Assembly (NCBI GenBank): GCA_040756055.1
Contig: JBFLZR010000001.1
Location: forward strand, 63,849-127,848
Length of the DNA stretch: 64,000 nucleotides
Reading direction: 5' to 3'
DNA from: Candidatus Zixiibacteriota bacterium
GTDB taxonomy: Bacteria > Zixibacteria > MSB-5A5 > GN15 > FEB-12
Of this stretch, positions 45,943 through 55,878 are shown one piece after another. How positions within the stretch are numbered: position 1 is the first letter of the stretch; the number at the start of each line of letters is the position of its first letter. Both the position numbers and the translations under genes were made by a program. The notes under the pieces were generated by a model. The model did not search any database and had not been told where the DNA came from. It saw only the letters and a program-made list of their open reading frames with translations.

Positions 45943-47656
45943 AAAAATTCGGTCTTCCATCACGTCACCGCAACGTGTTCTTACTCCGACGGCGGTATTG
46001 GCTGCGGTTTTGATTTTTTTTACTACCGTAGTCGACAGTGTGCACGGGCAACTCTCCCCCGGAGAGCTGCACAGCTCCCATTCTCTCCTTGAGGGTGTTG
46101 AGAACTGTGGCAGGTGTCACTCAGCGGATAGAAATGAGTTGCCCGGCTTATGCCTGGAATGTCACAAAGCTATTGAGAAGCAGCAGGCAGCCGGCCGGGG
46201 ACTGCACTCTTCGCCTGATTACCGTGACTGCGCGCTTTGCCATGTGGAGCACCAGGGTCGAGACTACGAGCTCATTTATTTCAGCGGCGGACAGGAAGCG
46301 TTCGATCATTTACAGACCGGGTATGCGCTGGAGGGTGCTCATGCCGGGCTCGAGTGTCGAAAGTGTCATCGTCAGCAGTTCTTGTCCGACCCTCGGGCAC
46401 TTTCGGAGCAAGGGTCTTCGCCGGAAAGGACTTTTCTGGGATTGGAAAGAAAATGTGTGTCATGTCACTCTGATCAACACCGTGGACAACTTGGCACGGA
46501 TTGTGCCGGATGTCATGACTTTCAGCATTGGAAGCCCGCGGTCAGTTTCAGTCACGACACCGCACGATTTCCCCTTACCGGCCGGCATGCGGTTGTTCCC
46601 TGCGCCAAATGCCATCATCAGGTAACTGCCGCGGATGAATCGGAGTCAGCGCCGTCCGTTAATTATCGCCCCGTTGCTCACGGGACCTGCACCGATTGTC
46701 ATCGCGACCCACACGAACGGCGGCTTGGCGATGACTGCGAACGGTGTCACAACACCGGGGGCTGGCGAGAGGTACGGAGCGCCGAATTTGACCACGACCG
46801 GACGCGATATCCGCTCCGCGGCAGGCACGCCTCAGTGGAATGCGGGAAATGCCACGGTAAAGAATCCCGAAACGGGGCGCTACTGTTTTCGCGATGCCTG
46901 GACTGTCACGCCGACTTCCACGACGGCGCCTTCGCAGACAGAGAAGGAGGAACCGAGTGCGGGCAGTGCCACGTGGTCGAGGGATTCAGCCCGGCCAGGT
47001 TCACACAATCCGACCACGACCTGACCAGGTATCCCCTTCGCGGTGCTCACAAAGCAATCGCCTGTAGCCAATGCCACCGGGCGGATAGCGCCTCCGCGAA
47101 AATCGACCGCTTCGATTTCGAATCTGTGCGCTGCGCCGGTTGTCATCGCAACCCCCACGGCAGCCAGCTGGATCGCTGGATAACCGCGGAGGGTTGTGAG
47201 GCATGTCACAGTGTCGAGCAGTGGAGCACGGTCAGTTTCGACCATAATCAGACCGAATTCGCTCTTGCAGGCAAACACGGCGCCGTTGCCTGTATCCGGT
47301 GCCACAAGGACGAATCCGCGGCGGCGGGTGAACTTGTTTTTAAGCCGATCGATACGCACTGCGAAACCTGTCACACAGATATCCACGCCGGGCAGTTCGC
47401 CGATATTGGCTCGGACAGCGGCTCCAGATGCGTACGCTGCCACACGACCGACTCCTGGCGGCCTGACAATTTCGACCACAACCGCGATTCACGTTTTGTC
47501 CTGGAAGGCGCACACACCCGAGTGCCGTGCGCCGCCTGCCACAGGACTGAGACAGTCTCGGACGATGGCACGGCGCTCACCCGGTATCGCCCGCTCGATA
47601 TGACGTGCGCGTCCTGTCACGGAACCATTAAAGAGATGGGAAGGGTAAAGTTATGA
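45932..47656 (+). CDS. Multiheme cytochrome c, 20 CxxCH motifs
   Basis: 574 aa with an N-terminal hydrophobic anchor. I counted 20 CxxCH motifs in the ORF-track translation. Confidence 0.9.
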   Translation: MHGKKIRSSITSPQRVLTPTAVLAAVLIFFTTVVDSVHGQLSPGELHSSHSLLEGVENCGRCHSADRNELPGLCLECHKAIEKQQAAGRGLHSSPDYRDCALCHVEHQGRDYELIYFSGGQEAFDHLQTGYALEGAHAGLECRKCHRQQFLSDPRALSEQGSSPERTFLGLERKCVSCHSDQHRGQLGTDCAGCHDFQHWKPAVSFSHDTARFPLTGRHAVVPCAKCHHQVTAADESESAPSVNYRPVAHGTCTDCHRDPHERRLGDDCERCHNTGGWREVRSAEFDHDRTRYPLRGRHASVECGKCHGKESRNGALLFSRCLDCHADFHDGAFADREGGTECGQCHVVEGFSPARFTQSDHDLTRYPLRGAHKAIACSQCHRADSASAKIDRFDFESVRCAGCHRNPHGSQLDRWITAEGCEACHSVEQWSTVSFDHNQTEFALAGKHGAVACIRCHKDESAAAGELVFKPIDTHCETCHTDIHAGQFADIGSDSGSRCVRCHTTDSWRPDNFDHNRDSRFVLEGAHTRVPCAACHRTETVSDDGTALTRYRPLDMTCASCHGTIKEMGRVKL

Positions 47657-48900
47657 GAGCAGTCATAGCGGCAGTTGGTGTCGCCATTGTCGTTGCCGCA
47701 GGTTTGCTTCATGGAGCATCGACCGATCCGCACGGCAAACTGGCATGGGATTGTGTTTCTTGCCACACAACGGAATCGTGGCATCGGTTGGCTGAAGACA
47801 TGAAATTCTCGCATGCCGAGACCGGTTTTCGCCTTCTTGGGGCGCACAAAAAGGTGGCCTGTCGCTCGTGCCACAAGGACCTTCGCTTCAGCAATATCGG
47901 CACCGCCTGTGCCGACTGCCACGTGGATCATCACATGGGTCAGTTGGGGACGGATTGTCAAAGCTGCCACATAGTGCGCGACTGGGGCCCCCAAACAAAT
48001 CTTCTGTCACAGCACGCCGAGCGAGGTTTCCCGCTCACGGGTGTTCATGCGATCGCCGATTGCGACGCCTGTCACCGCAACGAAGACCGACAGGAATTTA
48101 CCGATACGCCGACTGAGTGCATAAGTTGTCATCGCAACGACCTTGAGGCGGCGGTGTCTCCCGACCACAACGCCCTGGCTTTCAACACCGACTGTCAGCG
48201 CTGTCACAGTGCCGCCTTTGGAAGCTGGACCGTTACCACCTATGCGCACCCCGCAGTGTTTCCGCTGACCGGCGCTCATGCAAACCTGGAGTGCACTGCC
48301 TGCCATCAGCAGACTTTTGTCGGAACCCCCACCGACTGCATTGGCTGTCATGATGCTGACTTTCGGGCCACCGCTGATCCGGATCACGAGGCAGCCGGTT
48401 TCTCCACCGATTGCGTCTTGTGCCACACCACTACCGCATGGACGCCGGCTTCATTCGATCACGCCAAGACGGCCTTTCCACTCGACGGGCAGCATGCCGT
48501 CGTTGACTGTGTGGCCTGTCACCAGACCGGCTATGCCGGCACCCCGACAGACTGTTATGCCTGCCATCAAAACGACTATGAGGCTACCTCCGATCCAAGC
48601 CATATCGCAGCGCATTTCCCGACCAACTGTGAATCGTGCCACTCCGCATCGGGATGGACTCCGGCAGACTGGGACCATGATGCCCAGTATTTCCCAATAT
48701 ATTCCGGTACCCACAGGGAAAAATGGCAGGATTGCAGCGAGTGCCACACCATACCGACCGATTTTTCTTCCTTCGACTGCACCAACTGCCACGAGCACAA
48801 CCAGACAGACATGGATGCCAAGCACACGGAAGTCACAAATTACCAATATCTGAGCAGCGCCTGCTACAGTTGCCACCCTACAGGAAGCAGTGATGACTAG
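47653..48900 (+). CDS. Multiheme cytochrome c, 16 CxxCH motifs
   Basis: 415 aa with a signal-like N-terminus. 16 CxxCH counted. ATGA overlap with the upstream gene. Confidence 0.9.
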   Translation: MRAVIAAVGVAIVVAAGLLHGASTDPHGKLAWDCVSCHTTESWHRLAEDMKFSHAETGFRLLGAHKKVACRSCHKDLRFSNIGTACADCHVDHHMGQLGTDCQSCHIVRDWGPQTNLLSQHAERGFPLTGVHAIADCDACHRNEDRQEFTDTPTECISCHRNDLEAAVSPDHNALAFNTDCQRCHSAAFGSWTVTTYAHPAVFPLTGAHANLECTACHQQTFVGTPTDCIGCHDADFRATADPDHEAAGFSTDCVLCHTTTAWTPASFDHAKTAFPLDGQHAVVDCVACHQTGYAGTPTDCYACHQNDYEATSDPSHIAAHFPTNCESCHSASGWTPADWDHDAQYFPIYSGTHREKWQDCSECHTIPTDFSSFDCTNCHEHNQTDMDAKHTEVTNYQYLSSACYSCHPTGSSDD

Positions 48901-50509
48901 GCTGACCGTACTTATCTTCATGCTTGCGGTCGTGTCTTTCGCTCCGGCAAGCCCGAGCTCAGATGGGGGGTTTGTCGTTTCTTATGTCTCGATTGACCAC
49001 GTTTATATCGATGGCGGTCGAGCCCGTGGTATCGAAGTCGGTGACACTGTTACGAAAACCGTCAAAGGAGAGATCGTCGCAAGGATGGAAGTGGAATATG
49101 TCTCGATGCATTCGGCGTCGTGTCGAGTCCTCGACGGTTCTCAGGCGGTCGGCACGGGTGATATAGTTACAATCGAGCGCAAGATGCATTCGCGCGAAAC
49201 AGTACCCCCAGCGTCTATCGTGACGAACACTCCTCCCTCGGCACCCATTGCCGTACCAGCCACACCGGCGAGTGGCAAGACCTCCGTTCCGGTGCGATAT
49301 TTTGGAAACGTGTCCTTAGCGATTTACCGATGGAATGACAACAGCGATGCCGATCTCGGTTTCACACAGACAAGCGCAAGGTTCAATTTTCGTGTCGACA
49401 ATATCTGGAAAAAGCATGCGACTCTCACTATACGTACACGGGGAAGGTATGATGTTCGCAACAGCGCCTACAACACGGGCAGTCCCGAGCAGGAGTGGCG
49501 CAACCGGCTATGGGAGTTGTCTTACAAGTACCATCCACCCGATGCCCGGCTTGGCTTCACGATCGGAAGGTTCATCCCGCAACATCTCGGAAACATCGGC
49601 TTTATCGACGGTGGTCTACTTAGCGTTCGCTTGGCCGACAATTTGCAGGTAGCCATGATGGCCGGACGCCGGCCCGAATGGGCGTACGGAGAGATTGACC
49701 ATGCTCTTGAAAGGTACGGGAGCTATGTTTTCTTTCGCCACCACAGTACAGCGGGGGCGACGTTCGAGCAAACTTTCGGTGCAGTGGGCGAGTTCCACGG
49801 CAGCATTCCCAGCCGCACGTTTTTGGCCTGGCGCGGCGTTGTCCGCCGCGGGACTTCCTTAGGCCTCAGCCATTCGGTCGAACTGGATATCAACAGCGGA
49901 TGGAGAAGAGAACGGGTCGGTCACCGTACGAGTTTATCTAACTTGTACATCCAAACGTGGGTCCACCCTCGTCGCGATCTGCGGTTTTCGGTTCAATACG
50001 ACAACCGGCAGAAGTATTGGTACTATGAGCTCATCTCCGAGGCAGACAGTCTATTCGATGATCGTATTCGCCGGGGAATCCGCGGTAGTGTTGACGTGGC
50101 GCTTTTAGCCCAGGTATGGCTGCACGCCTCACTTGGTTACCGAAAAACATCAAATGAAACTAAGGCGAGTATCAGCTACTCCGCCAGTCTTCGGAAATCC
50201 GGGTTTTTCGGGTACAGCGGCAGTTTATTGATATCGGCATTCCAATTCGACGGGGTCAACGAGAACGGCTTCGGATACAACGCCAGGCTTCAGCTGCCCC
50301 CCGTGGCGCTGGTCGATCCCTATATCGGAACTGGTGGATACTCATATTCAGCCGCGGGCAGCGATGGGTACCGTCGAAGCACTTCACTGGAATTAGGAGC
50401 GACTCTCGATCTGTCGCGGAAGTACTTTATCAGTCATCGTTCCGAATGGAGTTGGGGCGACGATATTGAGGGGCTGCGCACAACTCTTGAAATCGGTTAC
50501 AGGTATTAA
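48890..50509 (+). CDS. Putative outer-membrane beta-barrel protein
   Basis: 539 aa. Signal peptide MMTRLTVLIFMLAVVSFAPA. Alternating-polarity strands rich in Y/R/G. C-terminal ...LEIGYRY aromatic terminus is typical of OMPs. Confidence 0.6.
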   Translation: MMTRLTVLIFMLAVVSFAPASPSSDGGFVVSYVSIDHVYIDGGRARGIEVGDTVTKTVKGEIVARMEVEYVSMHSASCRVLDGSQAVGTGDIVTIERKMHSRETVPPASIVTNTPPSAPIAVPATPASGKTSVPVRYFGNVSLAIYRWNDNSDADLGFTQTSARFNFRVDNIWKKHATLTIRTRGRYDVRNSAYNTGSPEQEWRNRLWELSYKYHPPDARLGFTIGRFIPQHLGNIGFIDGGLLSVRLADNLQVAMMAGRRPEWAYGEIDHALERYGSYVFFRHHSTAGATFEQTFGAVGEFHGSIPSRTFLAWRGVVRRGTSLGLSHSVELDINSGWRRERVGHRTSLSNLYIQTWVHPRRDLRFSVQYDNRQKYWYYELISEADSLFDDRIRRGIRGSVDVALLAQVWLHASLGYRKTSNETKASISYSASLRKSGFFGYSGSLLISAFQFDGVNENGFGYNARLQLPPVALVDPYIGTGGYSYSAAGSDGYRRSTSLELGATLDLSRKYFISHRSEWSWGDDIEGLRTTLEIGYRY

Positions 50510-50526
50510 TCGGCGGGAAGTTTCAC

Positions 50527-51879
50527 ATGAGTGAGAGTGTTACCATCTGGTTCATTGCGAGTGGACTTATAGTGGCAATAGTGGTGCCCTATGCCATAGG
50601 ATTTTTTCGCAGACAGCACGTTGCCGCCGAAAGGCGAGCCGAGGCCAGAAAACTGGGCATTGACAGTGTGACCGGCCAATACCCGATGATAAACAGAACC
50701 CTGTGTATCGGATGCGGAGGGTGCGTTGACGCTTGCCCTGAGGGCGATGTGCTCGCGGTAGTATCGGGGGTCGCCGAAGTGGTCAACGGTTTGCGTTGCG
50801 TGGGGCACGGCTTCTGTGAAACAGCCTGTCCCGTGGGTGCAGTTAAAGTAGGCCTTGGGGACGTCAGGACGCGACCGGACATCCCCATTCTGTCGGAAAA
50901 AAATGAAACCTCCATTGCGAACGTCTTCATCGCGGGCGAACTGAGCGGGCTGTCGCTGATACGCCACGCCATCGCGCAGGGTAGGCTGGTGGCGGAAGAG
51001 ATTGTCGGACGTTGCGAAGTTCCTTCCAAGGATACTTCCATATACGACCTTGTTATTGTCGGCGCGGGACCGGCTGGTCTGAGCGCGGCGCTCGTCGCCA
51101 ACAACAACCACCTCTCGGTCGCCGTATTCGATCAATTCGGTCTCGGCGGAACTATCCTCCACTACCCCCGGCGCAAACTTGTCATGACACAGCCGGTAGA
51201 AATACCATCGTATGGGCCACTGAGTGCGGAGGAGTATTCCAAGGAGGAGTTGCTTGAAATCTGGCGGAGGGTGTGCAGTAGCAACGCACTCGAAATCCAA
51301 TCCGGTCAGAAGGTCTCGCAACTTGCACAAGTCGATAGCCATTTTCAGTTATTCTTTGAATCAGGTATCACGGCTAACGCCAGGTTCGTAGTGCTGGCTC
51401 TGGGTCGTCGTGGCTCGCCCCGACGACTGGGTGTCCCGGGAGAAGACTTGCCGAAAGTCATGTATCAGCTGGTCGATGCTCAGGCTTTTGATGGACAAAG
51501 GATGCTGGTGGTCGGGGGAGGCGACAGTGCGGTAGAGGCTGCTATAGGACTCGCCCGCCAGCCGGGCACGACAGTCTCGATATCTTACCGCAAGGACCGA
51601 TTCTTCCGAATAAAAAAGAAGAACGAGGAACGAATAACCCGTCTGATAGGCGATGGCGACGTCCGGGCTTATTTCGATTCCCGGTTGCTGCGAATTGAAG
51701 AAAAGTCGGTCATTCTCGAGACAAACTCCGGAGAGGTTGACCTGCCCAACGATTACGTTATAGTTCAGGCGGGTGGAGTTCCACCTTATGATATGTTGAA
51801 ATCGTGGGGCATCGCCTTTGGCGGCGAGGAACATACACTGGTTGAGCAGGATATTCGCCTGAATATAAAACGGGATTAA
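50527..51879 (+). CDS. Membrane-anchored 2x[4Fe-4S] ferredoxin domain fused to an FAD/NAD(P)-dependent oxidoreductase
   Basis: 450 aa. N-terminal TM. CIGCGGCVDACP and CVGHGFCETACP. Dinucleotide folds VIVGAGPAGLSAA and VVGGGDSAVEAA. Confidence 0.8.
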   Translation: MSESVTIWFIASGLIVAIVVPYAIGFFRRQHVAAERRAEARKLGIDSVTGQYPMINRTLCIGCGGCVDACPEGDVLAVVSGVAEVVNGLRCVGHGFCETACPVGAVKVGLGDVRTRPDIPILSEKNETSIANVFIAGELSGLSLIRHAIAQGRLVAEEIVGRCEVPSKDTSIYDLVIVGAGPAGLSAALVANNNHLSVAVFDQFGLGGTILHYPRRKLVMTQPVEIPSYGPLSAEEYSKEELLEIWRRVCSSNALEIQSGQKVSQLAQVDSHFQLFFESGITANARFVVLALGRRGSPRRLGVPGEDLPKVMYQLVDAQAFDGQRMLVVGGGDSAVEAAIGLARQPGTTVSISYRKDRFFRIKKKNEERITRLIGDGDVRAYFDSRLLRIEEKSVILETNSGEVDLPNDYVIVQAGGVPPYDMLKSWGIAFGGEEHTLVEQDIRLNIKRD

Positions 51880-52101
51880 GTCAGACCGCACATTAAACGC
51901 CATCCCCAACAGATTTCACTTTATTGGTGAATCGTGAAACCGTGACTGGAGTTCGGTAAACTGTCCCATTTGCTTGTGTGTGCGTCCACGGGGTCCGCAA
52001 TATGCAATTCACATTCCTCGGCCAGAATGCTATACTTCATAGTAACGTGATTTGAATTACTTCACCTGATAGTGTATGTATCAGTACACTTTCCGACAGA
52101 C

Positions 52102-52216
52102 CTCTTTCTAACAGTTTTCTAACAGAATTAGCCAAAACAACAGAAAATAAGGAAAAACACCAGACACTGTATTTCCCGTAAGTAATTGCTATTACTACGG
52201 GTTAGTGTCTGGTGCT
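52102..52216 (+). repeat. About 115-bp repeat (copy 2), no tRNA fragment beside it
   Basis: CTTTCTAACAGTTTTCTAACAGAA...CACCAGACACTGTATTTCCCGTAAGTAATTGCTATTACTACGGGTTAGTGTCTGGTGCT. Confidence 0.85.
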
Positions 52217-52233
52217 GTCTTATGTCGCGGCGG

Positions 52234-52437
52234 TTACTTATGCTTGCCCTTGCTCATCAGCATCCCGCCAACCGCAGCGCCGGCGGCGATACCCATCCCC
52301 ACACCAACCGATAACCAAACGGCAAGATCTTTTGTCACAAAACCAACCAGCACCCCAAAAGCGGCACCGACCGCGAATCCGATGGAAACACTCAGCGCCA
52401 TCCTGTTTGACTTCGCCCGGTTCATTTGTGCATTCAT
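52234..52437 (-). CDS. Small glycine-zipper membrane protein (67 aa)
   Basis: GFAVGAAFGVLVGF...GVGMGIAAGAAVGGM. Start chosen at the ATG after AAAGGGA. Confidence 0.5.
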   Translation of the reverse strand: MNAQMNRAKSNRMALSVSIGFAVGAAFGVLVGFVTKDLAVWLSVGVGMGIAAGAAVGGMLMSKGKHK

Positions 52438-52809
52438 TCCAATAGTCCCTTTCCGCAAGCAGCACTCATTAGTGTCCAATACCGTAATAATACTGAGTTT
52501 TGATCGAAAAGTTGCCCGATATACTGTTTGAAAAAATCTATTACAAAAATTCGGCCGAGGCTATAGGCGCTGCGTCATCATTTGTGGGCAATGCTCTGTG
52601 AGGGCTTCTCACATCACTGCGAGCCGAAATACAGCTTATATTCTGTCGCCAAAAGAGCGGGAAGACACGGGTCGTTAAACGGTTATTGCGCTCTTCAGGA
52701 TCGAGATTTATGGCCAGAATCAATACTTGCCAGTGGTTTTAACAAATTCTAATATTGCAGCATAGATCCGGAGTTTCGCGCTTTAACTCAAAGTCAAGGC
52801 AGGAGTGAA

Positions 52810-53217
52810 ATGGAACCGATGACAATCAATTATCTGGCTGTCATTGTGGCCGCGATAGTCTATCTGATAATCGGATGGCTGTGGTATGCACCGCTGTTCG
52901 GCGCGGCGTGGATGAAGGCGATCGGTAAAACAAAGGAGCAGGTGGCCGCCGGTGCCTCGGCGGCGAATTATATCATCGCGCTGGTGACATCATTTGTCGC
53001 CTGTTACGGTATCGCCAGGGTCATGTTGTGGTATGGTGATGTTTCCGTTCGCGGCGGCATCCTGGTCGGGGTACTCGTTGGCGTCTGTTTCGTTTTGACC
53101 TCCATGTTCGTTAACGACACCTTTGAGAAACGCCCGACGGGCCTGACTTTCATCAACGTTCTTTATCATCTCGTTTCGATGGTCGTGGCCGGCATCATCC
53201 TCGGCGTGTGGCACTGA
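52810..53217 (+). CDS. DUF1761-like membrane protein
   Basis: 135 aa. NYLAVIVAAIVYLIIGWLWYAPLFGAAW is the typical N-terminus. Confidence 0.65.
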   Translation: MEPMTINYLAVIVAAIVYLIIGWLWYAPLFGAAWMKAIGKTKEQVAAGASAANYIIALVTSFVACYGIARVMLWYGDVSVRGGILVGVLVGVCFVLTSMFVNDTFEKRPTGLTFINVLYHLVSMVVAGIILGVWH

Positions 53218-53370
53218 CTTCAAGCGTAAGGGCAGAAGTTACAGGCTTCTGCCCTGACATCTTCGGGATTAATTCTTGCCAGTTCAGTTCTTTCCGCTTA
53301 TGATTCATTTCCAGCCGACAGGTGGCATTTTCAGCTGGAAAAATAGTTATTTCCGAGAGGTTCAGACATC

Positions 53371-54408
53371 ATGACAGACTTCACATCGCTCGCAAATGGT
53401 ATCAAGATTCAGGCAAAGCAGCTGGATTTTTGCGGTGTGATAAGGCTGCGGGCAAAAGATACAACGGTTCTCGAGCAGGCATCGGGAATGGCCAACCGCG
53501 CCGAATCGATTCCCAACACACAATCGACTCGCTTCGCCATAGCATCGGGAAGCAAAATCTTCACCGCCGTATCCATATGCCAGCTTGTTGACAAAAATAT
53601 CTTTGGGTTTGACTCACGTTTGAAAGACCTGGTCGATTACACTTTTCCTCACTTCGATCCGGACATTACGATTCACCATCTTCTCACGCACTCGGCGGGT
53701 ATTCCCGATTACTGGGACGAGGAGACGCAGGAATTTGAAGAGTTGTGGCATGACCGTCCGATGTATCGCATGACGTCGCCATCGGATTTCATCCCCATGT
53801 TCCAGGACTCGAAGATGCGTAGCGGGCCGGGAGAGAGATTCAAGTACAACGATGCCGGTTTCATATTGCTCGGGCTGGTGGTGGAAAAACAATCGGGCAT
53901 GTCATTTCGCGAATATGTGATGCAGCACATATTTGATGTCTCGGGAATGAAGGACTCCGGTTATTTCTACATGGATCGTCTGCCTGAGCGCACAGCATAC
54001 GGGTATATAGAGAATAAAGAAGATGGTTCGTGGAAGACCAATTTTTTCGCAGTGCCGATAGTTGGTGGCCCTGATGGCGGAGCGTACACGACCGCATCGG
54101 ATATGACCCGTTTCTGGGCTGCCCTTCGCGAAAACAGACTTCTATCTGCTGACACCACGCAAGTACTTATTACACCTCAAATAGTGGCTGAAGACGAGGG
54201 TGCTGATATGCATTATGGTTATGGTGTCTGGATGACGGTGGTCGATGGTGAGGTGTTGTCATACAATGTAGGCGGCTGGGATCCGGGTGTTAATGTTTGG
54301 TCCGAGATTTTCCCGCGTGACGACATTGAGTTGACCTTGTTGAGCAATACCAACCGGCCGATGCTGGCGTTGAGGCGATTGCTAATCGAGGCAATAAGGG
54401 CCGATTGA
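53371..54408 (+). CDS. Serine hydrolase, beta-lactamase/PBP4-family
   Basis: 345 aa. SxxK motif (ASGSKIFTA), with LLTHSAGIPDY downstream. Confidence 0.8.
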   Translation: MTDFTSLANGIKIQAKQLDFCGVIRLRAKDTTVLEQASGMANRAESIPNTQSTRFAIASGSKIFTAVSICQLVDKNIFGFDSRLKDLVDYTFPHFDPDITIHHLLTHSAGIPDYWDEETQEFEELWHDRPMYRMTSPSDFIPMFQDSKMRSGPGERFKYNDAGFILLGLVVEKQSGMSFREYVMQHIFDVSGMKDSGYFYMDRLPERTAYGYIENKEDGSWKTNFFAVPIVGGPDGGAYTTASDMTRFWAALRENRLLSADTTQVLITPQIVAEDEGADMHYGYGVWMTVVDGEVLSYNVGGWDPGVNVWSEIFPRDDIELTLLSNTNRPMLALRRLLIEAIRAD

Positions 54409-54625
54409 GGTCGGATTCCAAAGTCCGGGCCGACTTGACAAAGTCGTACCTTTTGGTATTTTAAGCTATACGCGGCTCAAGATTTTTTTGTCAGTTACAT
54501 TACAAACAGAACGCCTGTCGGGCATTGCTGCAGTCGTCAGCCCACGCACCGTCAGGTCAGAAAATGCAGATCCTATGTTTAAAATATCCACCTCACAAAT
54601 CCATAAAAAACGAGGAGTGCTCATC

Positions 54626-55630
54626 ATGAGAGGACTGAAGACTACAGCGCATTTGCTTTTGTTCTGTCTGATCGCCGCCCCGGTGTGGTCGCAGCAGAGC
54701 AACAGCGGGCCTCACCGACCTGAGGGGGCTGACCTGGGGCTACGTGCCCCGAGTCCCGGCCAGGTTGTAATTGACGGTGTCCCGGCCTATCTTTGGCGAC
54801 ACGGCTGTGGACCCACCGCCGCCGGGATGGTGATCGGATACTGGGACAGCCAAGGCTATCCCGATCTAGTTGAAGGTGATGCTTTCACCCAGACGGCTGC
54901 TGTCCATGCGATGATAGCCGATGATGGCGGAGACCCCACGTGCGACACCGGTGAGTTAAACCATTACCAGGACTATGCCTGTCCGGTGGAGTGGTCGTGG
55001 GCACTCACACAGCCGGATAAGTCGGAGCTGGGCGGTGAGGTTCATCCCGATAACTGTCTGGCCGATTTCATGCTGACGTCCAGAAGCGCGGTTGACAACA
55101 ACTACGGGTGGACCTGGTTTATCCACGTGGCTCAGGCATTCCATGGATATGTTGGACTCAAGTACCCGGGCGTGGAAGTGAAGTCGGAGAATATTCGCTT
55201 CGCGGATTTCAGCTGGGAGCAGTACAAGGAAGAAATCGATAATAACAGACCGGTGGTTCTGCTGGTTGACAGCTATGCCCACTCCAACTCCGATCACTTT
55301 GTCACGGGGATCGGTTATGATGAAGAGACCATGGAGTTCGCGATTTACGATGAGTATGACACCGACATCCACTGGTACGCGTGGCACGAGAACGCCCCCG
55401 GCTGGGACTATGGCATTTATGGCATAACTACGTTCAGCCTGCCGGTCGAGAAGGGCCATCAAGCCAGCGGGGATTTTGATTGCTCCGGGGCACTCGACGA
55501 TGCCGACATTGTCGCGCTGACCAATTATCTTTTCAACAATGGACCGTGCAGCGAGTGTCCGCGGTCGGCCGATGTTAGCGGCGACGGTGTAGTTGACACC
55601 GATGACCTTATCGCGCTGCTGACCCGATAG
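54626..55630 (+). CDS. Secreted papain-like (C39-like) peptidase with a C-terminal dockerin-type repeat pair
   Basis: Start moved to MRGLKTTAHLLLFCLIAAPVWSQQ (GAGGAG upstream). WRHGCGPTAAGMVIGYWD (Cys), SDHFVTGIGYD (His). DCSGALDDADIVAL...DVSGDGVVDTDDLIAL. Confidence 0.65.
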   Translation: MRGLKTTAHLLLFCLIAAPVWSQQSNSGPHRPEGADLGLRAPSPGQVVIDGVPAYLWRHGCGPTAAGMVIGYWDSQGYPDLVEGDAFTQTAAVHAMIADDGGDPTCDTGELNHYQDYACPVEWSWALTQPDKSELGGEVHPDNCLADFMLTSRSAVDNNYGWTWFIHVAQAFHGYVGLKYPGVEVKSENIRFADFSWEQYKEEIDNNRPVVLLVDSYAHSNSDHFVTGIGYDEETMEFAIYDEYDTDIHWYAWHENAPGWDYGIYGITTFSLPVEKGHQASGDFDCSGALDDADIVALTNYLFNNGPCSECPRSADVSGDGVVDTDDLIALLTR

Positions 55631-55878
55631 GGCATTACAGAATACCGAGGTATTCCGCACCGGGGAGAGTGGTGGACTCTTCCCGGTCTACTTTTGCAGG
55701 TTTTCTGGTTCAGCTCGATACTGCAAAATTCTCTTGACTCAGTTGAGTTCTCAGCGCATAGATTGGTCAGGGAGGAGCCGGTATCTGGCCTCTCAGTAAC
55801 TTGTTGGGGCCACGAATCTGCACTCACACCGCATCGGCGAACGTCATCAAACTCAAACTCTAAAGCAGGGAGGAATTT

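Noticed and set aside
50506-51342. 278-aa minus-strand ORF, plus 50589-51107 and 51361-51909
   Set aside because: They are antisense to the FeS/FAD oxidoreductase gene, which has clear cofactor motifs.
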